A stretch of DNA of 64,000 nt from Raillietiella orientalis (taxonomy: Eukaryota). The stretch spans positions 1-64,000 of the forward strand of contig JAYWIR010000099.1 of the NCBI GenBank assembly GCA_036172245.1, given 5' to 3'. Numbering within the stretch: the first letter of the stretch is position 1; the number at the start of each line of letters is the position of its first letter. Position numbers and translations under genes: made by a program. The notes beneath the pieces are model-generated. The model had not been told where the DNA came from, made no database searches, and saw nothing but the letters and a program-made list of their open reading frames with translations. This document shows, one piece after another, positions 1 through 13,223 of the stretch.

Positions 1-3000
1 CCGCGGAGGCCGCGCTTTCGCTGCCTTTTAAGGGTGCAGCAAAAGCTGTGTCCCAGGCGGTTGGGGAGGAACGTTCGGAGGCGTCCCTCACGAAAGTCGA
101 GGAGCGCCCCGAACGAACGGACGGTGGATGGACGGTTGCGGTGAAAGGGAGAAAAATAAAAACTCCGAAAAATTCTCTGCAACCTAGTTCCAAGAGCCTC
201 TCCAAGGCAAGGAACAGTCGCGCGATGCAGAAGACTCGAGCGATGGTTCCCTCTGCCACCGCAAAGTCTACCACCGCGGTCGCGAATGGCGCGGAAGTTG
301 CGATCGCCAGGGACGATGTTCCAACTATCGCGAAAAAGGAAGTGTCTGCGGTACCATTCGCGAGCTCCTCGAAACCGTCAGAGCAGGTGAGACTCGAAGC
401 GCCTGAGCTTTAATCAGACTCCCAAACGGAGTCTGAGATCACCGACGCACTTCGGATCACACGTGCGGAATCCGTAGCGCGACGGGCTAAGGCCCTGAGG
501 CGCGCAGCGCAGGCTGCGAAGGAGCGAGAGCTCATCTTGGAGCTTCAAAGGACGTTACGCGGTAATAAGCACTCGATTTCGTGCAGCACCAAGGAGGACG
601 GTGGCGAATGTGATCTCCAGTCTTCAGTGCTGCTCAACGTCCGCTCGCCGGTTAAAGCGGACAAAATGCCGCCAACTTGCCAGCAGTAATGCGGAAAATC
701 GCGTTTTCTCGTCGTCTGTGCGTTACGTCTTGGGACGTGAACGGACTGCAGAATGACGAGAAGAGGCGCTTAGTAGCGAACGCCCTGCGCCCCTTCGATC
801 TCGTGCTCCTGCAGGAGATTCACGTAGTCTCCGACGAGCAGGCAGCCGAAATCGAGGTGCGCGCAGGCGGAACGCTATTTTGGCGGCGCGGCGACCCACA
901 CACGTGCGGCGTCACGTTCCTCGTAAGAGGAAAAATGGCGGAAGCGGTACGTAGGGTTCGTTTTACCGACGATGGACGCATGGGCCAACTTGTTGTCAAG
1001 TGGTCCGAGTCCATCGATCTTGTCATTACGAACATCTACGCTCCGAGTGGCTCTCGCTACTTCGAAGAAAGAATTGCGCTCTTCGAGGAAGTGAAATGCC
1101 AGTGGCTCAACAACTCCGGCTCCCAAGTGGCGCAGCTCGTCGCAGGGGACTTCAACGTCCACCTGCTCTCTGACGATTGGAACTGCCCGAGGGAGCGCAC
1201 GTCGGCCATCGAAAAGTGCGCGTCAGTACGCGCTTTCAACTTGATGGTCGGCGTACCTGAGATGGAAAGGTCGCCGGATCACATCTTTCTCGATGAAAGC
1301 CTCCACCCTCGTGTGGGAAGAAGAGGAAGATTGTCGTCCGCTCTCTCTGACCATCACAGGTTGGAGTTCGAGCTCCTTCCTCCAGGCAAGGGGCCTCCGT
1401 TAAAGAACTGGAGGATGCCGGCGGATTAACTTAGCCATCCGGAGGCGGCGGATCATCTCCATCAGCACCTCCGGACCTTCGTCATCCGCGAACTCGCGGA
1501 CTGGGATCACTTAAAGAGTTCAGTCTGCGAGTTCTGTGAACGGTTTCCCTTGCACCGGCTTCCGCGAGGCTTTGGAGAAATGGTCGCCAACAGCAGGACT
1601 TTCCTGCAGGCGCGCACCTTTTCGAGACTCGCGGATGTCAGCCGGCTTGCGGAATACAGGGCGAGAGCCGAGCGCCAGGTCTGGCAGTCAGGAGCATCTT
1701 CCCTGCTCGATGAAAAAGGCCTGGAATGCTCTGCATTAGCCGGTATTCGCGGCATAATAAAAAGTTATTACTCCTCGCTATACGCGGAAGCACCAACGGA
1801 AATTACCTTTTCGGAGATACTGCTTTCCCAGGTTGCTGCCGTAGTTAGCGAATAGGAACGCTCACGTCTCGACGAGTCCTTCACGGAGGAGGAAATTTCC
1901 TCCGCAATAGCGAAGCTCAAGAGACGAAAAGCGCCAGGCGAGGATGAACTGCCTGCGGAGTTTTATCAGTGCTTCGCGGGGGAGCTCGTCCCCCTGGTGC
2001 ATCGCCTCTCGTCGCTGATGAGGGTTTCAAGGGATGTCCCCAACTTCTTCCGCTTAGCGAGGGTGCGTCTCCTTCCGAAAGGTGGAGACGCATGCCATTG
2101 AAACAACTGGCGTCCGGTCACTTTAATGAAATCGGACGTCAAGTTGTTCTCCAAGATGTGGCTTGCGCGCCTAGGGAAAATCGCGCCGTCCTTGGTGAGC
2201 CCGGAGCAGACTTACGCTGTTCCCGGGAGATCCATGGACGCGAACCTCCTGTTTGCACGCACCTGGATGCAGCTGCATGAGCGCGTAGCGCGACAAAGTC
2301 GATCCGTGACAAATGCCACTGCTAAAGGCACACGGTATCGGCAGAAGCGGCCAGAGGGTACTTTGGGTTCCTTGGCGGTCGCAGTCGACCTCCACAAGGC
2401 GTTCGATTGCGTGAACCAAGCACTAATATTGGAGCTCTTGGAACGCCTGGGTCTCCCGGCTCAACTCCTCAAGTACTTGCACGCATGCTGGCGCCAGGCG
2501 CTAACTTGCATTTGTTTTAGCGGCTACAACGTGTACGGTATTCCCATGCGCCGGGGCATCAGGCAGGGTGACAGTTTCAGCCCGTTGCTCTTTAGCATCT
2601 TCTTTGAGTTGGTGCTCAGAGCGTACAGGCTGAAGCTGGAATACCTGCCTAGCTCTTGCCCGGGAACACCCGCCGTGGCTGCCTATGCAGATGAACTACT
2701 TCTTCTGCTCCCCATGCCCACCCCGGCGTCCAGTGTCGAAGGTTTCTTCGAACTGATTCGCCGGCGAGCGGGTGTGAGCGTGAACCGGAAGAAGAGTGTG
2801 GTCGTTTCTGTAGGAGCGTCGTGGGAGGGGCAGTCCGACTGGATCCGCCTGGGGATCTTAACGGCTGGGTACTTCAAGTACCTTGGCGTTCCGTTGGGCG
2901 ACCTCGGCGCTGCCGAGGCGTGGTCGGACTGCCTTCATAAGGCAGAGTTGGCCACCAGCCCGTTCATTAACGGCAAGTTCACCTTGCCGGAACGGGCGGC

Positions 3001-4610
3001 TATTTGGAACACCTTCGTGGCCCCCCTCCTCCGACCCCTTTTTTTTGTCTTAAACTCTCCCCATGCGGCCAAAGAGCGGGCAAAACGCCTGCTAAGGAAC
3101 GCTCTCTGGGGTCCTACGCGATCCAGGATTCTTCTGAAAGACCTCACTGCTCCACGTCGGGATGCTGGGCTTGGCATCCTGACGATGGAGAGAATCGGAC
3201 TGAAAGTGCAGTTCCGGATGCTCGCACTTTGTGCCGAGCTATTTTCTTCCCACCTGTGTGCGCCCGCGCGCATCCTCCTGAGGAGGTGTGCAGGCAGTGA
3301 AGGACTACTTTCTTTGGTGCCTGGCTTGCGCCACAGGAAACAGGGATTTGGCTATCCTTTGAGGAAAATCGCCACCCTATTGAAAGCCAGTACGTAGATT
3401 ACCTGCCGCCGAATGAACTATAATCCTTGGAAGCAGGAATCCATTGATTCGTGGGCTGCATTGTTAGGAATGAGCCGTGAAGATCTTCGCCCCTTGCGTC
3501 GATTCCAACCTTGGTCACTCCAAGATGTCATGAAGGACGAGATGAAGCTTTCCTCCTTGGCCGCGACCCCCCTTGTTGAAGCACTGTATGCCCTTGAGGC
3601 TCGAGATGACAGTAGCCAGCCGGCAAGTTGGGAGTTCTCCTACACCATTGCAGGAAGAACAAAACCAGTTGGCGCATGGACCACGAGCTAGCTTGCATAT
3701 GCGGCCACTCCTCGTGCTACACCAAAGGGGTTACTTCGGTGGGGAGAAGCTGTTTGTGTTGCCCCCGATGAACTTATAGTCCCTCCATGGTGTTTGGACG
3801 GTTCGGTGTTTCCCCTTGCATGGAAGCAAGACGTTTTGCTTTTCTTGCACTGGGGATTGCGCTACAACGAGCGGCGCCAACGAGTTTCCGGTGGGGTGGC
3901 TTCTCCCTACTGTGCCCGGTGCGGAGCGACGGAGTCATTCCCGCACCTTGTTATGGACAGCGGTGCCCTCCAGGAACTGTGAAGGAGGCTAGCAGCAGCT
4001 CTCCCGTCAACAGGAGACACCGCTGGAGAAGTGCTGCGACGGTTTTTCCAGACACAAGGACTTTCGATGGCTGCCACGATTTCCACTGTTGGTTGCATCC
4101 GCGCCATCGTCACGGTCCGAGACGTGCTGGAGAATACTGGACAGCAATGTTGTGTCACCAGGAAGGCAGCTGACTTTATCAGGTCGGCAGCTGGGTGGCG
4201 ACACTTATATGAAGACACAACGGAGGAGCTAACCGGTATCCATCGACGGATCAGCAACGGCTTAGAACGACGAAATCGGTGATCCGCGCTTATTTTATTT
4301 TTAATTGGTTTTTTTGTTCTCGCGTTCATTTCCCTATACGCTCCGCAGTGGTTTTGGTGCTGAAACTTTCGAGTTTCTTGGTGACTGCGAAGCGTCATAA
4401 GTTCCCTGGACCACTCCTCCAGTTTAAAAATTTTTTTTTTTTTTTGTTTTCTTTTTGTATTTCGACTCCATTGAGTCGTCCGTGTTCTGCTGTTTTCCTG
4501 GCCTGCGTGCCAGAAGTGAATCTCCGCTGCATGTTTTCAGAGTCGAGAGCTGGAAACAATTGTTTCCAGCTCCTTTATGTCAATAAACGTCCCAACGTGA
4601 CCGGGTGAAA
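1..4610 (+). mobile_element. L1/Tx1-like LINE, element 1 (5' end outside window)
   Basis: ORF1 tail ending at TAA 687-689, ORF2 689-4282, T-rich 3' UTR, AATAAA 4582-4587 and a degenerate terminal hairpin 4591-4605. Confidence 0.93.
689..4282 (+). pseudogene. Element 1 ORF2 (APE endonuclease, RT, zinc finger), disrupted by nonsense codons only
   Basis: ORFs starting at 677, 1550, 2126, 3413, 3794 and 4031 share one frame. Motifs SWDVNG, LLQE, NIYAP, GDFN, SDH; DLHKAFD, GIRQGDSFSP, YADE, KYLG; CARC..ESFPHL. Confidence 0.92.
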
Positions 4611-7600
4611 AATTTCAACGTTCGCCTGATACCAGATGATCAGAATTCCGAGCGTGACCTGGTCAGCGAGGTGTACATGGCGATGAACACCTGAAATATG
4701 TTAACCAGTGCACCGGCAATGGAAGACAGCATTGATTACGTGTTTCTTGACGAGCACCTATGCCCTCGCGTGGGCAGGCGCGGCAAGTAACCGTGCGAGC
4801 TGTCCGACCATCGCCGGATAGTTCTCGAGATCCATCCGCGCGACAGAAGCCCCCCTTCGTCAGCGTGGCGTCTCTCAGGAGACTGGAGGAAGCTCCTGGA
4901 CGTGGCGAGACATCTTCGCACGTTCATACGGAGATTTAGGCTGCGGAAACTTTAGGATTGGGACAGCTTGAAGCTGTCGGTTCAGGAGTTCTGCGACCAG
5001 TTACCTCTTTACCGCCTATCTACGGGTTTTGAAACCGTGGTTTGTAACGAACAACCATATCTGCAGGCCCGACGTTACACCAGGACATCCGACATCCGCA
5101 GGCTGGCGGAATACAAAGCGGCAGCCGAGACGCAAGCCTAGCAGGCCGGATCTGCCAGCTTGCAGGACGATCAGGGCCAGGAGCACTCGGCACCCGCCCA
5201 AATCCGCGGCCTGCTGTGGAGTTACTACTCCTCCCTGTATCCCAAAGCACCTCCGGAGAGGAACGTCTCACGACTCCTACTTCCGAAAGGCGCTCCAGCG
5301 ATCGGGGAGGACGAGAGAAAGACCCTCGACGAGCCTTTTACGATGGACGAGATCCTCTAGGCCATCGGAAAGCTCAAGAGGCTTAAGGCTCCAGGGGAGG
5401 ACGGCCTGCATGCAAAGTTTTACCAAACTTTAGGGACTGAGCTTACCCCCATGGTACAGCAAATCACCTTGCTAATACGCGAGACAGGTGACGTTCCCGC
5501 CTCGTTTCGTTGGGCAAAGGTGCGGCTCCTTCCTAAGGGAGGAGATCTGAGAAGCATGAACAACTGGCGTCCCATTACAATAGTGAACGCGAACGCCAAG
5601 TTGCCGGCTGAGGTCTGGGCAGAGCATCTGGGACGGGTTGCCAACATCTTTATCAGCCCGGTACAGACATACGCTGTTCCTGGGCGAAGCATGGAGGCAA
5701 ACCTGTTCCACGCTACCACCTGGCTAGAGCTCCAACAAGAAAGGAGCTTGGTGCACAGCCGGAATTCTGGTGCGTGCGCCGGCAAGGGGTCGAAAGGTCG
5801 GGTGAGGAAGGGAGCCCTTGCGGTCGCAGTCGACTTGCGGAAATCATTCGATTGCGTCGACCAGAATCTCCTTCTGGAGCTTCTGGAACGCTTGGGCTTC
5901 GCGGCCTCATTAGTGGCCTATCTGCGCTCCTGCTGGCGCGACGCGCTCATCAACGTTTTTTTCAGCGGGCAGACCGTGCACGGCGTGCTGGTGCGGAGTG
6001 GGATCCGGCAGGGAGACAGCCTGAGCCCTTGCTCTTCAGTACCTACTTTGAGTTGGTATTGAGAGCGTACAGGGAAACCATGGCACACCTGCGGCGCGAA
6101 TATCCCGGTACGCCCGCGGTGTCAGCATATGCGGACGACCTACTGCTGCTGCTCCCTATGTCCACCTCGGCATCGACGGTCGAGGAGTTCTTCTACCTGC
6201 TGCATCGGGGAACCAGACTTATGGTGAACAGGGCGAAGTCGTCCGTCATGCCAGTCGCAGCGGCGTGGGCAGGGCAGCAGGACTGGGTCCGTTTGGGGAT
6301 TCCCACGGTGAGGTACTTCAAGTACCTTGGTGTGCCGTTGGGGGACTATTCCCTACAGAAGCATGGTCCGGCTGCCTTCAGAAGGCTCAGGCGGTGATCG
6401 GCCCGTTCGAGGACGGCAGGTTCTACCTGGAGGAACGGGCCGCGGCGTGGAACGCGTTTGCGTCACCCCTCCTTCGCCCCTTGCTTTTTGTTTTCCCCCC
6501 CTCAGTTGAGTCAAAGAAGAGGACGAAGGACCTCCTGAGGATCGCCCTTTGGGGCAGAGGGAGGTCCCGAGTCCGTCTTTCGGACTTGTCAGCTCCTCGT
6601 CGGGATGGTGGTCTGGGCCTCCTGACGTTGGAGCGGATGGAGCTACAGCTCCAGTTCCGAGTTGTCGCCTTCATGGCAGAAAATCGGTGCACCCCTTGGT
6701 GCCTCCCTGCACGTCACCTCGTCGAGCGAGCCACCGGCAATGCGGGACTTTCGTCCTACTTTGCACTCCGAAACCCCATTTGCCACTGCGGACTTAAACT
6801 TCGGAGGGCGGCTATGCTCGTGAAAAACAACTCGGCGCGAATCCTCGTATGCCCCGCGAACGGTCCTGCCTGGCTGCAGGAAACCGTGCGCACGTGGGCG
6901 ATGATTCAGGAGCAGAGCCCGCAACACGAGCGAATAGCTCTGTTCGTGCCGCATGCCCACCGCACGCTCCGAGAAATCATCGAGGATCCCCGAAGGAGAG
7001 CGTAAGCACAAGGTACCTCCCTTGCTGCGGTACTGCCTACCCTACGGGAACATCTGGGCAGCGACGTCGCGGCACAATGGCAGGTTACTGTCAAGATTGA
7101 CAGCAGGGCAAAGAAGATCGGGGATTGGAGAACGGGTCAGCTCACCAACGTTGCGACCCCGAGGACCACCCCAATGGACTCTTGCACTGGGGAGAGCTAC
7201 TGGATGTTCCAGAGGAACATCTCGAGTGGCCCACGGTGCTCATGGACTCGCGCACCCTCCCCATAAAGTGGCAAAGTCGGCACTGCTGGTGTTGTATTGG
7301 GGGCTTCCTTGCAACGCCCGCCGACACCACTGGACGCGGGGGGGTGTCAAACCTAATTGTGTCAGGTGCGGGGAGAAGGAATACCTCCCCCACCTGTTAG
7401 TGGATTGTGTTGCCTTCCGTCCCTTGTGGGAACGCTTTGCCGCAGCCCTGGGGATCCCCGGAGGCAACCCCAGAGACGCTATGCGCCCCCTCTTCTTCCG
7501 TGACACCCTGCCTCCAGCGGCCTTGCTTTCAGCCCTGTGCTGCCTACGCGGGATCGTCGTGGCATGGAGCAAAGCGAAGGGAGGATCCAGCGACAGGGAT

Positions 7601-7937
7601 GCCGACGTGTATGCCGCCCGTTTCCTCAGGATGGCGACGCGATGGCCCCATCTGGAACCACACACGCAGAAACAGATTGCCGGCATCCTGCAGAGGATGA
7701 CGGACCCTCCCAGCAGACTGTAATCCCTTCCCGCTCCCTCCGTGATATATGTTTATTTTTTTGTTTTCTATTTGTTTCGTTCCCCCTCCCCTCTGCCGTT
7801 GAGGTCGACCGCGCCGGTCTGCGCACCGGTAGCCCGGCAAGCTATATCTTTCCAGGGCGTGGCTGGACTACTGGTCCAGTCACAGATTATATGGGTTCAT
7901 TCGAGAGAATAAACGTCCCGGCGCACCCGGGTTTCAA
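4611..7937 (+). mobile_element. L1/Tx1-like LINE, element 2 (starts inside the endonuclease domain, frameshifted)
   Basis: Begins at FNVRL (the GDFN motif). NWRPIT, GIRQGDSLSP, YADD and CVRC..HLLVDC follow; ORF2 stop at 7723; AATAAA 7908-7913; hairpin CCCGG-CGCAC-CCGGG 7917-7931. Confidence 0.92.
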
Positions 7938-9390
7938 GCGAAAATCTAGAGGGTGACGCCTCGCAGGAATTCGCGAAGATGTTCTTTCGCTCCAGACAGG
8001 CGTGTCCAGTCCCCTGGCATACGCCAATCCCTGGATGGCGGTACCTTGTCGCGCGGGCGCATCTCGAATAATATTTGGGAATGGTCCGACAGCGTCGATC
8101 CAATTGTTCCTGGTTTTTCGACCCGTGTGCACAGATCTTCGTCGAGGAAGACGTGGTGCACGCTGCTGACCATCCCGTGTATTTCTGTCAATAAGTTGCG
8201 CGCGCGCATGGCGACGCACAACACGTTGATCGCGTTCCCCTGCGCTATGGTCTGATCTGAGAGCAGGCGGACGTTGAAATTCCCAGCTATCAGATGCGCC
8301 TTTTGTACGTCCGCGTCCACCAGCCATTCGCGCTTCAAGGTTTACAGTAACGAGTTGCGCTGCTGGTATCCCTGTTTACCGCTAGGAGCGTAATCATTGG
8401 TGACGATGAGGTCGATCGAATCGGTCCATCTGAGAAACAGTTGGCCGATCCGTCCGTCGTCCCCAAAGCGCACGCCTTTCACGACCGCGTTAATGGCTGG
8501 CTTCAGAAAGAACGCGACCCCACAAGTGTTGCGGGCGCCGCATCATCAGTACAACCCCCCCCCCCGCGATCGTTTGCATCTCCTGCGCGTCTTTTGCGGT
8601 GATCACGTGGATCTCCTGCAAAAGCACCAGGTCGAAATCTCGCAAGGTGGCTGCTGTGTCTCATCTGTTTCCGTCGTCGCGCAGCCTGTTGACATTCCAA
8701 CTGTCCGCGCGGATCCGACGGCGACAGGCGAGTCCAGGTGTTATTCCTGGTAACCTGGTGGTTGGGCTTCCGCCACCTTTTGGGGCGGGTCCCTAAACGG
8801 TGTTGGCGTCTTGCCCACCAACTCCCCATCCTCCTTACGTGCCGACGTCTCCGGCTGCCCGTGCGAAGGGGGTGCTGCTCGTACCTGTTGGCCCACATCC
8901 ATTGGTGCGGGTGGTTCAGGTTCGGCGGTTTCAGAGGGCATTGCTGACCCCTGGTTACCCTCCTCCATTGGAGTCGCCTCCTCGTCGGCTTCCGCACGTG
9001 GGTGATGCCCAACTTGGGCTCCCACGCTGCCATCCACTGGTTCCTCCACCATTGCATCCTCCTCGCGCCGAGGCGGAATGCACCTTCGGGGCTTCGGGGA
9101 TTTTCGTCCAGCTTTCCTTAATGGTGCTTCCGCAGAGGAAGATACACTTCCGTCCTACCGGTCCGACTCACCTGCGGGGGCCATTTTAGACGCTGCCGGC
9201 CTACGCAATCCCTTTCGCGAAGGGTTCTCGCGTTCGGCAAGCGTTGCCGCAAGCTCCTGCGCGGCCTTCTCGAAGGCTGCGTCCTCGGTTTCGGCGAGTT
9301 TGTCACCCGACTGACCCTCTTCGCAAGCAGGGGGTGGGTTTTCGCGCGCATCCGTCGCGGCGGGAAAATCGATTGAAGCCGTATCGCCTC
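7938..9390 (-). mobile_element. Fragment C' (ORF1 C-terminus plus endonuclease), close copy of element C
   Basis: Reverse complement aligns closely with about 14326-15761 (e.g. MVEEPVDGSVGAQVGHHPRAEADEE; KREWLVDADV). Confidence 0.92.
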
Positions 9391-10133
9391 GAAGTGTCCC
9401 GATTCGATCGACCTGGTCGTTACATACATCTACGCTCCAAGCGGCGGCCGGCATTACGCCCGGCGACTCGCGTTTCTGGGTGGCCTGCGCAGCCGCTGGC
9501 TCAACGGCTTTGGCTCCAACGTGGCGCACCACCTTGCAGGAGACTTCAATGTCCACCTGCTTACAGAGGAGAGATGCCGCCTGAGGGAGAAGCAAATGGT
9601 GAGCGAGGTATGCGCATCCGTACACGTGCAAAACTTGCTTGCTGGTAAGCCCAGGATGGAGAGATCTCCGGACTATGCGTTCATCGATGAACACCTGCTC
9701 TCACGAGTAGGTCGGAGAGGGAGCCTGCTGTCCGAGATTTCCGACTATTGAGGACTGGAATTCGAGCTGCTCCCGCCTGGCATGGGGCCTCCGATGAATA
9801 TCTGGAGGCTTGCGGCAGACTGGTTTAGCAATTTGGAGGCGGCGGAGCTTCTCCGCCTGCACCTCCAAGGCTTTGCCATCCGCGGAATGCGACGATCTGA
9901 AAAGATCGGTCTGCGAGTTCTGCTGCCGCTTGCTTTTGCACCTGCTTCAACGCGGTTTTGGTGAGGGTGTCGCGAACAGAAGATCCTTTCTGCAGGCGCG
10001 TACCTTTTCCCGATGCCCGGACATCCGGCTTCTTGCGGAGTACAAGGCCAGGGCCAAGCGCAAGGTCTGGCAGACCGGAACATCATGTCTGCTCGATGAC
10101 GCTGGCAAGGAATGCTCGGCTGCAGCCGATGTT
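9391..10133 (+). mobile_element. LINE fragment A (endonuclease C-half plus linker)
   Basis: DSIDLVVTYIYAPSG, AGDFNVHLL, ISDY and CLLDDAGKECSAAADV; cut by the 3' end of B1. Confidence 0.88.
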
Positions 10134-13127
10134 TGCCACCCGGATATGCCGGGGCATTTATTATTCTAATTTTTTACAAAAATTAGATAATTAAGTCTTT
10201 CAAAAGTTAATTGTGGGAAACACTTTGTTTTCCCACCTTGGTTGACGTGTCTGTTGCCGGTGCATAGACCGGTTAGGTCCATTCCCGAGGCGCATGGGAA
10301 GGGAAAACTGAAACAAAAACAAACAAAAAGAGAGATAACGGTGAGGGAAACAGTTGTATGGGGACAGGGGGGGGGGCAGGGAAGGGATCACTGAGCGCCT
10401 GGGTCGCTCCTCCTCATCCTGTTCAGGATGCAGTCAAGTTCTGTTTTAACTCTGAAAGGTAGACGCCACCTTGTCGCCGTCTCTAAAGAGATCGTCGTCC
10501 AGTGGATGGCGTCCCTGCATCTTGGGCCTCTTCTTCTGGCGTGCCAGCTTTGCACAATGCCGCGCACGCAGCAGAGGACTGCTAGAGACGCAGCGGGGCG
10601 CAGGCCGTCACCCAGAAAGAGGCGACGGTAAATTTCCTTAGGGTCGCCTACTGGAAGATGGAGGATTGGGGCGACTCTACTCCAGAGTCCATCCAAGGCG
10701 ACACACTCGAGGGTGAGATGTGGGAAGGTTCCTCTTTCTCCGCACTCGACACAGCGAGCATCCACATTTCTCAGTGTCCAGTAAGACAGGCGTGCTCTGC
10801 TTAACAGTACCCAGTGCAGAAATAGCAACGTCGTCTCCTGCCACTTCAACGGAAGTGTGCCGCAATCCCAAGACGCTGGGGGCCACTTCACCTCCTCCAA
10901 AGGTATTGCGAGCAGCTCTCCCCAGCGCGCAAGTCCGTGAGGCGGGACGCTCGGGGTGGCAGCGTCCGTGAGCTCTCGAGTCGTCCACGCCTTTAAAGGT
11001 TTTTTCCTGCCTCGCATGAGGCAGGACATTTCCCACGATGCCAGCTCGTTGCTGCTCCTAGTGTTTTTTAGGAAAGACAGAACGGGGGCAAGGGGGCTGA
11101 AAGAAGCCCATAGAAACTTCCGGGGCGTGTTGATAATCTCCTGCAGCGGCTGTCGAGCGTACGGTCCTCGTCGTAGGCAGTTGTATTCCGCCTCGCTCGT
11201 GTCGTTGATCTTAGCCCACGCGGAAGCTGACTGCTGAAGCCAGGCAGTGCAGCTCGCGGGGATGCAGGAGATCCAGGTATTCTCCCTCATCAGGGCGACC
11301 ATTTGGCGCAAATCAAGGCCACAGTTGGAGAGGCTGCGCTGGTAGGCCAGGAGGATCGAGGACAATCCTTCGCAGCCGATGGCTCTTCTGGCGAGGAGCC
11401 GTGCCGGATCGCACCATGGCGTCATCCATAAGCTAGCCGCAAGGGCTAACTTCCGAATTGTTGTCTGTAGTTGGATGCGCTCCAACGAAAGGAGGCCCAA
11501 GCCAACATCCCTGCGTGGAGCGCACAAGTCTTTCAATCGGACTCGCGACCTCGCTGTGCCCCAAAGGGAAGTCTTTAAGAGGGCTTTGGTCCGTCTCTGT
11601 ATGATGGGAGAAGCGGGGCAAACAATAAGTAAGATGCGAAGGAGGGGGGCCGCGAACGCGTTGCACACCGCGGCCCGCTGCTGCAAGTAAAACTTGCTGT
11701 TCCGGAACGGGCCGATCGCCAACTCCACCTTTTGGAGACGGTCGGACCAGGCTTCTGCAACGCAGAAGTCCCCCAACAGAACGCCAAGGTACTTGAAGCA
11801 CCTGCCCGTGGGGATCCCCAAGCGGATCCAGTCCGGCCGTCCGGCCCACTCCGTTTTGTTAAAAAGTAGTGGTGATGTTGGAACGATGGAAGATTTCTCT
11901 CTCTTCACCTCGAGGCCCGTCCCGCGGCGCAGCAACTCAAAGAAATCTTGGAGCGCCTACGCCAGGGTGGACCCGGGGAGCAGGAGCAGAAGGTCGTCGG
12001 CGTAGGCCGACACGGCATGCGTGCCGGGACACGAGCTTGGCAGGGTTGCCAGAGTCTCGCTGTATGCCCTCAGCACCAGTTCGAAGTAGATGCTGAAGAG
12101 CATGGGGCTCAGACTGTCACCCTGCCTTATGCTACGCCGAACCGGCACGCCGTACACGTGCCGGCCGCTTAAAGAGATGTTTATTAGAGCGAAGCGCCAG
12201 CAGGAGCGCAGGTAAGCCCGGAAGACGGCCGGGAATCCCAAGCGTTCCAGGAGCTCCAGAAGCAGTTCCTGGTCGACGCAATCGAACGCTTTACGCAGAT
12301 CGACTGCGACCGCAAGGGCACCGGGCGCAACTCTTCCATGAAGGGCGTCCCCTCCCTGGTCAGAGGAGAATCCAGAATTCTCTTGACCTCCCTGGTCTTT
12401 GCTTTGTTGCAACTGCCACCATGTACTGGCGAGGAACAGGTTGGCCTCCATGCTTCGTCCGGGAACAGCGTATGTCTGCTCCGGACTCACCACGGATTCC
12501 GCCACCCGTCCCAGTCGCTCAGCCCAAAGCTTGGCAAGCAACTTCGCATCCGCATTCACTACTGTGATGGGACGCCAGTTGCCTACGTTGCGATTGTCTC
12601 CTCCTTTCGGCAGGAGACGTACTCTAGCTGACCGGAACGATTTGGGGACGTCCCGTTGTTCTCGGATCAGCATGCATAGCCGATGCACCAGGGGGACCAG
12701 CTCCGCCACGAAGCCTTGGTAGAACTCCGCGGGCAGACCGTCTTCCCCTGGTGCTTTCCTCTTTCGGAGCTTTGCGATGGCGGAGACGATCTCCGCCATT
12801 GAGAAAGGCTCCGCGAGTTCATGTGCCTGCTCCTCCTGCAGCGCGGGGGCACCTTGCGGCAGCAAGCGCTGCGCCACGGCGTTCTCTGTTGTTCTACGCG
12901 CGTACAAGGAAGAGTAAGAGTCCCGCAGGATGCGGTTTATTCTCGCCGGAGCTGAGCATTCTTGGCCTTGGGCGTCCAGCAGGCTGGGCGACCCGGATTG
13001 CCAGGTCTGTCGCTCAGCCCCAGCTTTATACTCCGCCAGCCGTCGAACGTCGGGAGTGCTAGAGTAGAGACTGGCGTGGTGGTATGCCCAGTCGTTCCTC
13101 AGCCCTTCGCCGAAAGCCGGTGTAGGT

Positions 13128-13149
13128 GGACGTGTTTTTTGGTCGCTCC
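13128..13149 (+). promoter_or_regulatory. Candidate internal promoter motif of LINE C
   Basis: GGACGTGTTTTTTGGTCGCTCC at +13 from the TSD; 19/22 identical to the motif at the 5' end of E. Confidence 0.55.
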
Positions 13150-13223
13150 CCCAACGCCTGTCTGGGAAGCAACCGGAGTTTTTTTAGTGTAGTCAGGTGT
13201 TAAGTGTGGGTCATCGGTGTCCG

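Noticed and set aside
7917..7931. Terminal hairpin as a histone-type stem-loop or bacterial terminator
   Set aside because: It does not fit the histone 6-bp stem/4-nt loop consensus and has no U-tract.
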